Assembly (NCBI GenBank): GCA_028867435.1
Contig: JAGWGI010000003.1
Location: 15 to 64,014 of the forward strand
DNA from: Candidatus Micrarchaeota archaeon
Lineage (GTDB): Archaea; Micrarchaeota; Micrarchaeia; Micrarchaeales; CABMGC01
Direction of reading: 5' to 3'
Length of the DNA stretch: 64,000 nt
In this document: positions 16,982 through 24,755 of the stretch, piece by piece
How positions within the stretch are numbered: the stretch's first letter is position 1
How the letters are laid out: each line of letters starts with the position of its first letter
Position numbers and translations under genes: made by a program
The notes under the pieces: generated by a model
Told to the model about the DNA's origin: nothing
Database searches by the model: none
Seen by the model: the letters and a program-made list of their open reading frames with translations, nothing else

Positions 16982-17314
16982 TTATGCCCAGCTGTCATAC
17001 ACGCTATCAGAACTTATTATCTCCTTGCCTGCGTGCGCGGCGTGGAATGCGTCGAAAACGCTTACCTTGTTCTCCTTTATGAAATACGCAGCTTTGAGGT
17101 AAGTGGTATCGCTGGTCTTAGTAATGGCCATTACATCGGCAACAACTTGAACGGGATCAAGGCCATATTTATGAGATAGCAGCATGAGCTCGACAAACGT
17201 TGTCTCTGAAGTGTGTATGCTGCCCTTGTATGTGCCGTATGCCTTTATCGCGCTTGCCTTAAGCCAGTCCCTGCTTTTAAGCATGGCCAGAAAAAAGTCG
17301 GTATCGGCATACAT
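16982..17314 (-). CDS. vapC: PIN-domain ribonuclease toxin VapC
   Basis: 110 aa. Acidic residues lie in MYADTDFF.., ..TSETTFVE.., ..DAFHAAHA.. and ..ISSD, which is the PIN pattern. Its start overlaps the upstream stop by 1 nt (TGATG). Confidence 0.8.
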   Translation of the reverse strand: MYADTDFFLAMLKSRDWLKASAIKAYGTYKGSIHTSETTFVELMLLSHKYGLDPVQVVADVMAITKTSDTTYLKAAYFIKENKVSVFDAFHAAHAGKEIISSDSVYDSWA

Positions 17315-17547
17315 CAGTCCACCTTTTTCGCTTCCAAAGATATCTCGTTCCTAAATTTACTTATAGACTTTGCTGGCAATTTTTTACCCAGCTTTGCCAA
17401 ATCCTTTGCAGGGTCGGCAGGTATTGGGACCAATCTTATTTCTTCGCCAATTTTGACTATGAAGAATTTGCTTCCTGCCCTTTCCTTAAATTTTTTGGGC
17501 AAATATATTCTTCTCTGCCTATCGACCACGACCGTTGACCGTTCCAT
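17314..17547 (-). CDS. vapB: AbrB/SpoVT-type antitoxin VapB
   Basis: MERSTVVVDRQRRIYLPKKFKERAG..IVKIGEEIRLVPI is a swapped-hairpin AbrB-like motif. The start is taken at the internal ATG at 17547 of track ORF 17314-17658. Confidence 0.7.
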   Translation of the reverse strand: MERSTVVVDRQRRIYLPKKFKERAGSKFFIVKIGEEIRLVPIPADPAKDLAKLGKKLPAKSISKFRNEISLEAKKVD

Positions 17548-17709
17548 GGAGGAGTATTGAATGGGGTAATATTTAAATATTTCCATTTTTCCTACTTTTT
17601 TACCAAAAACTATAGGTTTGCTATCGATCCAAATATGCTTTCTCTCGATTTTTAGCAAGGGGAAGCGCAGCTAAGTCTCTGGCCACTACCTTGCGCAACT
17701 TCTGAAATG

Positions 17710-17796
17710 TGCAGGGGAAGAGATTTGAACTCTTGCATCCACTAAAGGAAACGGGTCCTAAGCCCGTCGCATTTGGCCAGGCTCTGCCACCCCTGC
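17710..17796 (-). tRNA. tRNA-Leu (anticodon UAG), class II with long variable arm
   Basis: The reverse complement is GCAGGGGTGGCAGAGCCTGGCCAAATGCGACGGGCTTAGGACCCGTTTCCTTTAGTGGATGCAAGAGTTCAAATCTCTTCCCCTGCA. Acceptor 7 bp, anticodon stem ACGGG/CCCGT with loop CTTAGGA, T-arm AAGAG-TTCAAAT-CTCTT. Confidence 0.9.
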
Positions 17797-17823
17797 GCCG
17801 ACATGAGAGATGCTCTGCTTATC

Positions 17824-17831
17824 TATATATA
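17824..17831 (-). promoter_or_regulatory. TATA box of the tRNA-Leu promoter
   Basis: tatatata lies 28 nt upstream of the tRNA 5' end at 17796. Confidence 0.5.
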
Positions 17832-17859
17832 CTTTTATCCGCTAGTAGGCAGGGGAGAG

Positions 17860-18057
17860 AAAGCATCTCCACATGTTGAACTACGTAGGCATAACCGCAA
17901 TGAGGATGCTCGTGCTTGGAAGATTTTTAGTGGCCAAAAGGCAAGCTCACTTAGCTTTACGGACTGCACGATCGTGGCTGCAATGAAGGAGGACGGAATA
18001 GCGAATATCGCAACATTCGACAGCGATTTGGCAGTAAATGGAATAACTGTAGTGTGA
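17860..18057 (+). pseudogene. C-terminal remnant of a PIN-domain (VapC-like) gene
   Basis: ..ARAWKIFSGQKASSLSFTDCTIVAAMKEDGIANIATFDSDLAVNGITVV is a typical PIN C-terminal half. The N-terminal half with the first catalytic Asp is absent. The upstream part of the track ORF overlaps the tRNA. The left coordinate is approximate. Confidence 0.45.
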
Positions 18058-18119
18058 TAGCAGGTAGCAGAACGTATGGGATTATAATTATTAACGAGCA
18101 AATAGGTTTAGTGGCTTTT

Positions 18120-18317
18120 ATGCAAAACTTGCACATTTTCAAAAGCGAGGGATGGTATGTTGCAGAAATCCCTTCCCTTCACGTTGTGACTAGGGCTAAG
18201 ACAATGAGAGGTTTAAAGAGCAACTTGAAAGAAGCGGTTGCGGTCGCTATAGAAGGTCCCATTGAAGTCAGAAAACTGGAGCTAAGCAAATTAAATTCGC
18301 AAAAAATAAGGGCTTAG
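18120..18317 (+). CDS. hicB: HicB-family antitoxin (short form)
   Basis: MQNLHIFKSEGWYVAEIPSLHVVTRAKTMRGLKSNLKEAVAVAIEG has the HicB N-terminal fold pattern. It lies directly upstream of hicA. Confidence 0.65.
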   Translation: MQNLHIFKSEGWYVAEIPSLHVVTRAKTMRGLKSNLKEAVAVAIEGPIEVRKLELSKLNSQKIRA

Positions 18318-18329
18318 CTGATTGGTTGC

Positions 18330-18548
18330 ATGTCTAGACTAGTTATAACCCCTGAGAAGTTGCTCAAGGTTCTGGTTAAATATTACGGCTTCAGGCCTGT
18401 GAGGCAAAAGGGCAGCCACCTTTTTATAACAGACATGCGGAACTCTACGACCATACCTATGCACGGAGGAGATTTCGATGAGGGAACTTCGAATGCTAGC
18501 TTAAGGCAGGCAAAACTGAAAAAAGAGGATATAAGGAAGTACGTTTAA
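18330..18548 (+). CDS. hicA: HicA-family mRNA interferase toxin
   Basis: 72 aa. LVKYYGFRPVRQKGSHLFITD..TTIPMHGG is the HicA signature. Confidence 0.8.
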   Translation: MSRLVITPEKLLKVLVKYYGFRPVRQKGSHLFITDMRNSTTIPMHGGDFDEGTSNASLRQAKLKKEDIRKYV

Positions 18549-18560
18549 TGTTGTGTATTT

Positions 18561-19889
18561 ATGAAGAACGAATACAGCCTTATGAAGGAGCTAAAAAGGC
18601 TAAGGTCAGTTCGAGGTCAGGGCACAGAACTTATCAGCGTCTACATACCTTCTGGAGCGCAGCTGTTCGATACTGTGGGCAAACTAAAGGAAGAGCTCAA
18701 CCAGTCTGGAAACATAAAATCAAGCAGCACACGCAAGAATGTGCAGGCTGCCATAGAGAAGATCCTCTCGTACCTCAGGCTGTACCGCGAGACCCCAAAG
18801 AACGGGCTTGCTGTATTCTGCGGCAACATCTCCAAGATCCCCGGCAGGGAGGAGATAGAGCTCTTCTCTATTGATCCGCCTCTTCCGCTCAAGGTGAGCA
18901 TGTATAGGTGCGACTCGGATTTCATGCTTGAGCCCATAGAGGACATGGTGGATGCAAAGGACACATTTGCGCTGGTGGTAATGGACGGGCGCGAAGCCAC
19001 GATTGCCACCCTTAAAGGCCCACAGATAAGGATAGTTAGGAGGCTAAACTCCATGGCCCATGCAAAGGTGAGAAAGGGGGGGCAATCCGCAAGGCGATTT
19101 GAGCGGCTTAGGGAAGAGGGAATAGAAGATTTCCACAAGAGGATAGGCAGCAGTCTAAACGATTTGTTTGCGCAAAGCGAGTTTAAGATAAAGGGGGTTA
19201 TCGTCGGAGGGCCTGGACCTGCCAAGGAGGGATTTGTGAAGTCCGAGAACTTAAATTACCAGATAAAGATACTTGGGGTCTACAACACCGGCTACACTGA
19301 CGAGTACGGGCTCCACGAGCTGGTGGAGTCTGCAAAAGAGCTTTTGCAGCAGCAGGAGGCCTCAAAGGAGAGATCAATAATAGAGAGGTTCATGCACGAG
19401 ATCTCAAGGGAAGGACAGGTGCTTGCGGTCAGGGGCTATGCAGACACAATTCAGGTGGTGGATAGCAAAAAGGCGGGAACTGTGATAATGAACAAGGATC
19501 TTGACCTCTTCGAGGAGTTCAGGAAGAACGCAAGCGAGCAGACCGTCATCGTAGTCTATAAAATCGACAGGACAGAGCTGAAGATTCCACTTTTTGCACA
19601 GGACATAACTAGCGGGGAGAAGAGCCCTGCGATAGAGGAGGCCGTGCGAGAGATCAACAAAGGGGCAAAGTCGGATGTGCCTGTGCCACCTGCTGATGCA
19701 AACCGCCTCTACAAGCGCCTCACTGAGCTCTGCCCCATAATGGTGGAGCAGCGTGACGCGATCGAGGAGATGATAAAGAAGGCTGAGGAGAACGGGGTGC
19801 AAATAGAGTTCGTCTCGAGCGAGAGCTCTTACGGCAAGCAGTTTTTGATGGGATTCTCAGGCATAGGCGCAATACTGCGATACAAGTAG
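18561..19889 (+). CDS. prf1: Peptide chain release factor aRF1
   Basis: It has the NIKS motif (SGNIKSSSTRKN), the GGQ motif (RKGGQSARRFERLRE) and the C-terminal ..FSGIGAILRYK. Confidence 0.95.
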   Translation: MKNEYSLMKELKRLRSVRGQGTELISVYIPSGAQLFDTVGKLKEELNQSGNIKSSSTRKNVQAAIEKILSYLRLYRETPKNGLAVFCGNISKIPGREEIELFSIDPPLPLKVSMYRCDSDFMLEPIEDMVDAKDTFALVVMDGREATIATLKGPQIRIVRRLNSMAHAKVRKGGQSARRFERLREEGIEDFHKRIGSSLNDLFAQSEFKIKGVIVGGPGPAKEGFVKSENLNYQIKILGVYNTGYTDEYGLHELVESAKELLQQQEASKERSIIERFMHEISREGQVLAVRGYADTIQVVDSKKAGTVIMNKDLDLFEEFRKNASEQTVIVVYKIDRTELKIPLFAQDITSGEKSPAIEEAVREINKGAKSDVPVPPADANRLYKRLTELCPIMVEQRDAIEEMIKKAEENGVQIEFVSSESSYGKQFLMGFSGIGAILRYK

Positions 19890-19890
19890 A

Positions 19891-20088
19891 CTATCTTCTT
19901 TTGGCTTTTTCCACTGCTTTTTTTACCTTCAGGTACGGCTTTACATCAGCGGAAGCGCTCAGCATTACGGAATTTATGAGGGTCACGTACTGCTTTGACC
20001 ATACCTTGTTAGGCGTGAGCTTTATGTGGTTTGTCCAGAGTCTTACAAAAGAAAGCCTCTTGCCTATGTCGCTTTTACTTGATCCCAT
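19891..20088 (-). CDS. Hypothetical small basic protein
   Basis: 65-aa ORF convergent with aRF1. I recognised no motif. Confidence 0.3.
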   Translation of the reverse strand: MGSSKSDIGKRLSFVRLWTNHIKLTPNKVWSKQYVTLINSVMLSASADVKPYLKVKKAVEKAKRR

Positions 20089-20123
20089 ATTTTACCATCT
20101 CGTCCTCCAGATTTAGCAAGCAG

Positions 20124-21710
20124 CTATTCTTCTCTCCCCGACGCCCTTATGAAGACTAGAGTATAGCGGCGCATTACGGCCAGAGCGCGGTCGGCAATAG
20201 GCAGAGCCCCGACCAGCAAGACCAGCTCGCTTAGTATCTTCCCATCGATGCAGCCGAAGAGCACTAGTATGGGCGGGTAGAGCAAGATCGCTGCGATAAG
20301 CCCTATAACAAGCTCTGCCAGATTGAGATGCACCAGCAGTATAGGAGCTAGCAGCAGCACAAGGAGGATGTTGCTTGCAAAGATCCTGTAGATCTTTGGG
20401 TATTGCAACCGAACCGAGAAGACCTTCCCAAGGCGGTGGATGTAGAGCAGCAGTGAGACCGTGCTGCCGATTATGTATAGGGCGAGTATCGCGCCTATGG
20501 CACCAAGATATGGAACAAGTATAACAAGGCCTAATAGCTGCGCAAGAGCCGAGACGGCAGAGATCTTGAAGACCTCGCCAACCTTTCCGGCTGCGGTGAA
20601 GAAGCTTAAAGTGAAAGAGTTGATTATCGCAATTGTGGTCCCAAGAGCGATCAGGGAGATGTATCCTGCGGCATTAGAATAACTTGATGTCAAAAATAGC
20701 GAGACTAGCGGGCCAGAAAATACGCCAACAAACACCACTATTGGGAGGTTTATCAAAAGGGAGTAGACTATCGCAGTGTTGTAGGCGCCATTTAGTGCCG
20801 CCTTCTTCTTTGTGGTGTGTATTATAGTTGAGAAGGCCTGGATCAGCACCAGTGCAAGGTTTCCGTACACAAAGTTCATCATGCCAAGTCCCTTTATCGC
20901 AGTGCCGTAGTTACCAAGAATGTACGCCGAGACAAAAGTGCTAAGGAACAATGTGGCGAAATTTGCCACTCCGCTGACCATTAAGTTGTTTGCTGCGAGC
21001 GGAACCGAGAAAGAGATGGTTTCCTTTATTCCGCGAAGATCAGGCCAGCAGATCTTGCCTGCGCCAAAGTAGCCGTACGCGCTCATTGTATAGTATGTTG
21101 TTAGCACAAAGCCAAGAGCGTCGCCTATGAGCAGCCCTAAAATTGCACCGTTCACGCCAAGGCCTGCGTAGATGAGCCCGACACCAAGTCCCAGCTGCAG
21201 CAGCAGGAGCAGCACCAGGGAAGTTGAGGCCTGCCTGCCCCTGCCAAAGCCAACCAGCGCGGAAAAGGAGGTGTTCCAAAGGGTGCTGAAGAAGATATCA
21301 ACAGACACAAGGATTAGGGTGAAGGCCTGCACGCCTGAGTTCCTTAGATATGTTGAGGCTATCGGCCCGCTAAGAGCTGCCCCAAGCAGCATCAGCGCCA
21401 GGCTTATCGGCACGACTACTGCGTATCCGTTTGAGATTATCCTTGCGAGCCCCTTCTTGTCCCTCTTGTAGCTTAAGGCCGCTATGTTCTTGTCAAAGTA
21501 TGATGCCACGCCGAACTGCGCAAGAGCGGCAATCAGGGCAGAGTAGCCTATGGCAACTGTGTACGCCCCGTAGTTGGCAGGGGCTAGCAGCCTTGCCACA
21601 AGTATGAAGGTTACGGCAAGTATTATCAGGCCGGCAAATCTTCCCAAGACTACTGCAAAGAGCGTTCTTGCCGCTCTTCTTCCTATGGATTCCTGCTCTG
21701 CGTACATCAT
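20124..21710 (-). CDS. Oligosaccharide/polysaccharide flippase (MOP/Wzx-like)
   Basis: 528 aa with about 12-14 hydrophobic segments throughout. The size and topology are typical of Wzx/MATE-like flippases. Confidence 0.7.
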   Translation of the reverse strand: MMYAEQESIGRRAARTLFAVVLGRFAGLIILAVTFILVARLLAPANYGAYTVAIGYSALIAALAQFGVASYFDKNIAALSYKRDKKGLARIISNGYAVVVPISLALMLLGAALSGPIASTYLRNSGVQAFTLILVSVDIFFSTLWNTSFSALVGFGRGRQASTSLVLLLLLQLGLGVGLIYAGLGVNGAILGLLIGDALGFVLTTYYTMSAYGYFGAGKICWPDLRGIKETISFSVPLAANNLMVSGVANFATLFLSTFVSAYILGNYGTAIKGLGMMNFVYGNLALVLIQAFSTIIHTTKKKAALNGAYNTAIVYSLLINLPIVVFVGVFSGPLVSLFLTSSYSNAAGYISLIALGTTIAIINSFTLSFFTAAGKVGEVFKISAVSALAQLLGLVILVPYLGAIGAILALYIIGSTVSLLLYIHRLGKVFSVRLQYPKIYRIFASNILLVLLLAPILLVHLNLAELVIGLIAAILLYPPILVLFGCIDGKILSELVLLVGALPIADRALAVMRRYTLVFIRASGREE

Positions 21711-21824
21711 AGGCTTTAGGCTGCAAAGGTTCTTTAACTATTACAGGGGCAAAGAAGAGGCTTGGCAAAGGAGAAGGTTTATATCAATTTGATGAGGAGA
21801 AGCACTAAGTCTATGGGTGCTTTG

Positions 21825-22754
21825 ATGAAGATACTAGTTACCGAGCCTGAATATCTTGGGGCAGATGCCCTTAGTATGCTAAGAGGGGCAGGAGTGGTCC
21901 TCGCTAGGAAGATGGACAGGAGAGAACTTGAGAGGCGTATCTTAGATGCGGATGCGCTGATGGTAAGGATTGACACCACCGTCGACAAAAAGCTCCTCAA
22001 AAAGGCAAAGAAGCTCAGGATAGTGGGTTCTGTTACCACAAGCCTGGATCACATTGACATAAAGTATGCAGGCAAAATGGGCATAAAGGTTGTAAGCCTC
22101 CATGGCGCGCACACTGTGCCAACAGCAGAGTACACAGTAGGGATGATGCTAGCGCTGTGCAGAAACGTCCCCTGGGCGCACCAGAGCCTTAGCAGCGGGG
22201 TCTGGAAAAGGTACATGTTCATAGGAAGGGAGCTGAGCGGCAAGACCCTTGGAATAGTGGGATTTGGCAAGATAGGAAAGCAGGTGGCCATATATGCAAG
22301 GGCTTTTGGGATGAAGATAATCTACTACGACCCATATGTCAAGAGCTCAAGGCTTGGTGAGAAGGCGCGCACTCTAGAGAGGCTGCTTGGGCGCTCTGAC
22401 ATAATTACGGTGCATGCGCTGCTCACAAAGGAAACAGATAACATGATAGGCTACAGGCAGATCTCAATGATGAAAAGGGACTCGCTGCTGCTCACAAGCT
22501 CTGCAAAGGGGAGGGTTGTAAACTGCAAGGCCTTGCTCAGGGCTCTCAAAAACGGGAAAATAGCAGGGGCAGCAATCGACGTCTTCCCAAACGAGCCGAT
22601 TTCTGGCCCAAATGACGAGCTGATTGCGTATGCAAGGGGGCATCGGAACCTGCTGGTGACTCCCCACATAGGGGGATCAACAAAGGAGGCGATTGATAGG
22701 GCAAGCCTTGAAATCGCAGCTGCGATTGCAGGGGAGCTAAAGGGGAGGAAATGA
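21825..22754 (+). CDS. D-isomer-specific 2-hydroxyacid dehydrogenase (phosphoglycerate dehydrogenase-like, no ACT domain)
   Basis: NAD fold GKTLGIVGFGKIGKQVA. Catalytic region ..LLTSSAKGRVV.. and ..AAIDVFPNEP..LVTPHIGGST. The ATG at 21825 starts MKILVTEP. Confidence 0.8.
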   Translation: MKILVTEPEYLGADALSMLRGAGVVLARKMDRRELERRILDADALMVRIDTTVDKKLLKKAKKLRIVGSVTTSLDHIDIKYAGKMGIKVVSLHGAHTVPTAEYTVGMMLALCRNVPWAHQSLSSGVWKRYMFIGRELSGKTLGIVGFGKIGKQVAIYARAFGMKIIYYDPYVKSSRLGEKARTLERLLGRSDIITVHALLTKETDNMIGYRQISMMKRDSLLLTSSAKGRVVNCKALLRALKNGKIAGAAIDVFPNEPISGPNDELIAYARGHRNLLVTPHIGGSTKEAIDRASLEIAAAIAGELKGRK

Positions 22755-22889
22755 AAAGAATTGCATTGTCTTGGGGTATTTCTGGGATGGAACATCCAGT
22801 ACTAACAGAAACTAGTATCCATTACAAATGTATAAAAGTATCCATTATTAATGGAAATATATAAATACTTTGGATTATTAACCTAACTT

Positions 22890-24101
22890 ATGATACCCGA
22901 AGATAGTTTAAGAGAAATCATTAAATCTCAATCAAAAAGTCTAAACTCGTATGAACTGGGCATTCCAAGAAGGGAAGCCAACATAGACAGCAGACTACCC
23001 CACGCATTGATTATATCCGGAATTAGACGTGCCGGCAAGAGTACATTACTGCATCAGCTATCCAAAAGATTTGCAAACTTCCACTATCTTAATTTTGAGG
23101 ATCCTAGACTCTCAGATTTCGGATTGAATGATTTCGAAAAGTTGGATGAGCTCTTTACAAAGGAATATGGTGACTATGAGTATTATTTGCTTGATGAGAT
23201 ACAAAAGGTTGAAAAATGGGAGCTTTTCGTTAGATCGAGATTGGACAGGAAAAAGAAATTCATTATAACAGGTTCCAATGCTTCGCTTTTGAGTAAAGAG
23301 CTAGGAACCAGCTTAACTGGTAGACATGTGGACTTAGAATTGTTTCCGTTCTCATTCAAAGAATACTTATTATTCAAAAATAAGAAGGCTGAACTGCCAA
23401 CATTCAAAGGGTACTTGATGGATGGGGGTTTCCCAGAATACGCAAAATATGGCAATTCAGAGGTTTTGCAAAGATTATTCATAGATATAATACAACGAGA
23501 CATTGTTGCGCGCTATAAATTAAGGGAACCGAAAGTTTTAGAGCAGATGGCAGTTTATCTGCTTACAAATATCGGAAGGGAATTTTCGTATAACAATCTG
23601 AAAGAAGTCTTCAATTTGGGCTCGGTAAGTACAGTAACTGCGTATATCTCATATTTTGAAGACAGCTATTTGCTTTTTAGTGTTCCTAAATTTAGCTTTT
23701 CTCTTAAAAAACAATTGGTAAATCCAAGGAAGATATATGCTATTGACAATGGTTTGGCTAGAGTTAATTCCGTTTCCTTCTCTTCTGATAGCGGCAGGAT
23801 GTTAGAGAATATGGTGTTTCTTGGGTTAAGAAGGAAATTTAATCAGATATTCTACTTTAGCGGCAAAAATGAGTGCGACTTCCTAGTTAGGGACAAAAAT
23901 AAAATTATAATGGCAATACAGACTTGCTACAATCTTAATTCGGATAATAAAGAACGGGAGTTTAACGGGCTCGTAGAAGCGCTAAAAGAGGTTGATTTGA
24001 GTGAAGGGCTGATACTTACATACGACCAGGAGGATACTTTTAAAATAGAAAAGAAAAGGATAATAGTTAAGCCTGTTTGGAAATGGTTAACAGAACAATG
24101 A
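22890..24101 (+). CDS. AAA-family ATPase with C-terminal DUF4143-type domain
   Basis: Walker A GIRRAGKST and Walker B YYLLDEIQ. The C-terminal ..ECDFLV.. restriction-endonuclease-like core is typical of this family. The gene is AT-rich. Confidence 0.75.
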   Translation: MIPEDSLREIIKSQSKSLNSYELGIPRREANIDSRLPHALIISGIRRAGKSTLLHQLSKRFANFHYLNFEDPRLSDFGLNDFEKLDELFTKEYGDYEYYLLDEIQKVEKWELFVRSRLDRKKKFIITGSNASLLSKELGTSLTGRHVDLELFPFSFKEYLLFKNKKAELPTFKGYLMDGGFPEYAKYGNSEVLQRLFIDIIQRDIVARYKLREPKVLEQMAVYLLTNIGREFSYNNLKEVFNLGSVSTVTAYISYFEDSYLLFSVPKFSFSLKKQLVNPRKIYAIDNGLARVNSVSFSSDSGRMLENMVFLGLRRKFNQIFYFSGKNECDFLVRDKNKIIMAIQTCYNLNSDNKEREFNGLVEALKEVDLSEGLILTYDQEDTFKIEKKRIIVKPVWKWLTEQ

Positions 24102-24158
24102 GCAAGTTCAAGCTATCTAGGGGATCCAGCTAATATCCCCTCACGACAAAAGATAAAA

Positions 24159-24746
24159 TCAGCCGAAGTCTGCTGCAAGGGAGCACTTAGAGTAGAACGC
24201 GGCGTTGCCGAAGATTCTAAAGTGCGTAAGGGAGGTGGATGTGGAGTTGTATGAAGTGTAGTTGAGCGAGACCCCAGGCTCTGAGTTTGCAGCGCCAATG
24301 CATGTGCCTGCGCTCTTCTGGGTGTAGTTTATCGGGTATCCAAGGCCCGCATCGTAGAGGCAGGTGCTATTCTGCTGGTTGATATAGAACAAATCGATTG
24401 TCTTGGGGCTTCTGCTGTGGGCAAGGAACTCAATTATTTGCTGCGAGCACAGCGACTCGTTGGCGTACTGGGCGTCATTTGCATACGCTACAAGCACCCC
24501 GACTCTTGGCGCTGCCAGGATCGTGCTCTTATACGTCGAGAAAGGCACAGAGATGTAGTTTGCCGCAACATAGTAGATGAGTACTGCGATTATGGCTATC
24601 ACGGCTATTGCCACTGCGTATGGCATCAGGTTGCGCCGCTCCTTCTTTGCATCATTTACTAGAGCCTCCTTCCTTGATTCCTCCTTGCGGCCTGCCGCCT
24701 TGCCCTTCTGCTTGGTTGTGTCCTTTTGGTTCTTCTGTGCTGCCAT
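24159..24746 (-). CDS. Type II membrane-anchored surface protein with a 4-Cys ectodomain
   Basis: It has a Lys-rich cytosolic N-terminus and one TM segment (YAVAIAVIAIIAVLIYYVAA), then a roughly 130-aa domain with 4 Cys and N-x-S/T sequons. Confidence 0.55.
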   Translation of the reverse strand: MAAQKNQKDTTKQKGKAAGRKEESRKEALVNDAKKERRNLMPYAVAIAVIAIIAVLIYYVAANYISVPFSTYKSTILAAPRVGVLVAYANDAQYANESLCSQQIIEFLAHSRSPKTIDLFYINQQNSTCLYDAGLGYPINYTQKSAGTCIGAANSEPGVSLNYTSYNSTSTSLTHFRIFGNAAFYSKCSLAADFG

Positions 24747-24755
24747 CTAATCCCC

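Noticed and set aside
18561-19889. aRF1 slightly longer than I expected (442 aa), with a Cys-free domain 3 insert. I considered an unusual release-factor variant linked to the in-frame TAGs.
   Set aside because: The NIKS and GGQ motifs are canonical and all three stop codons are used as stops. The length difference cannot be evaluated without an alignment.
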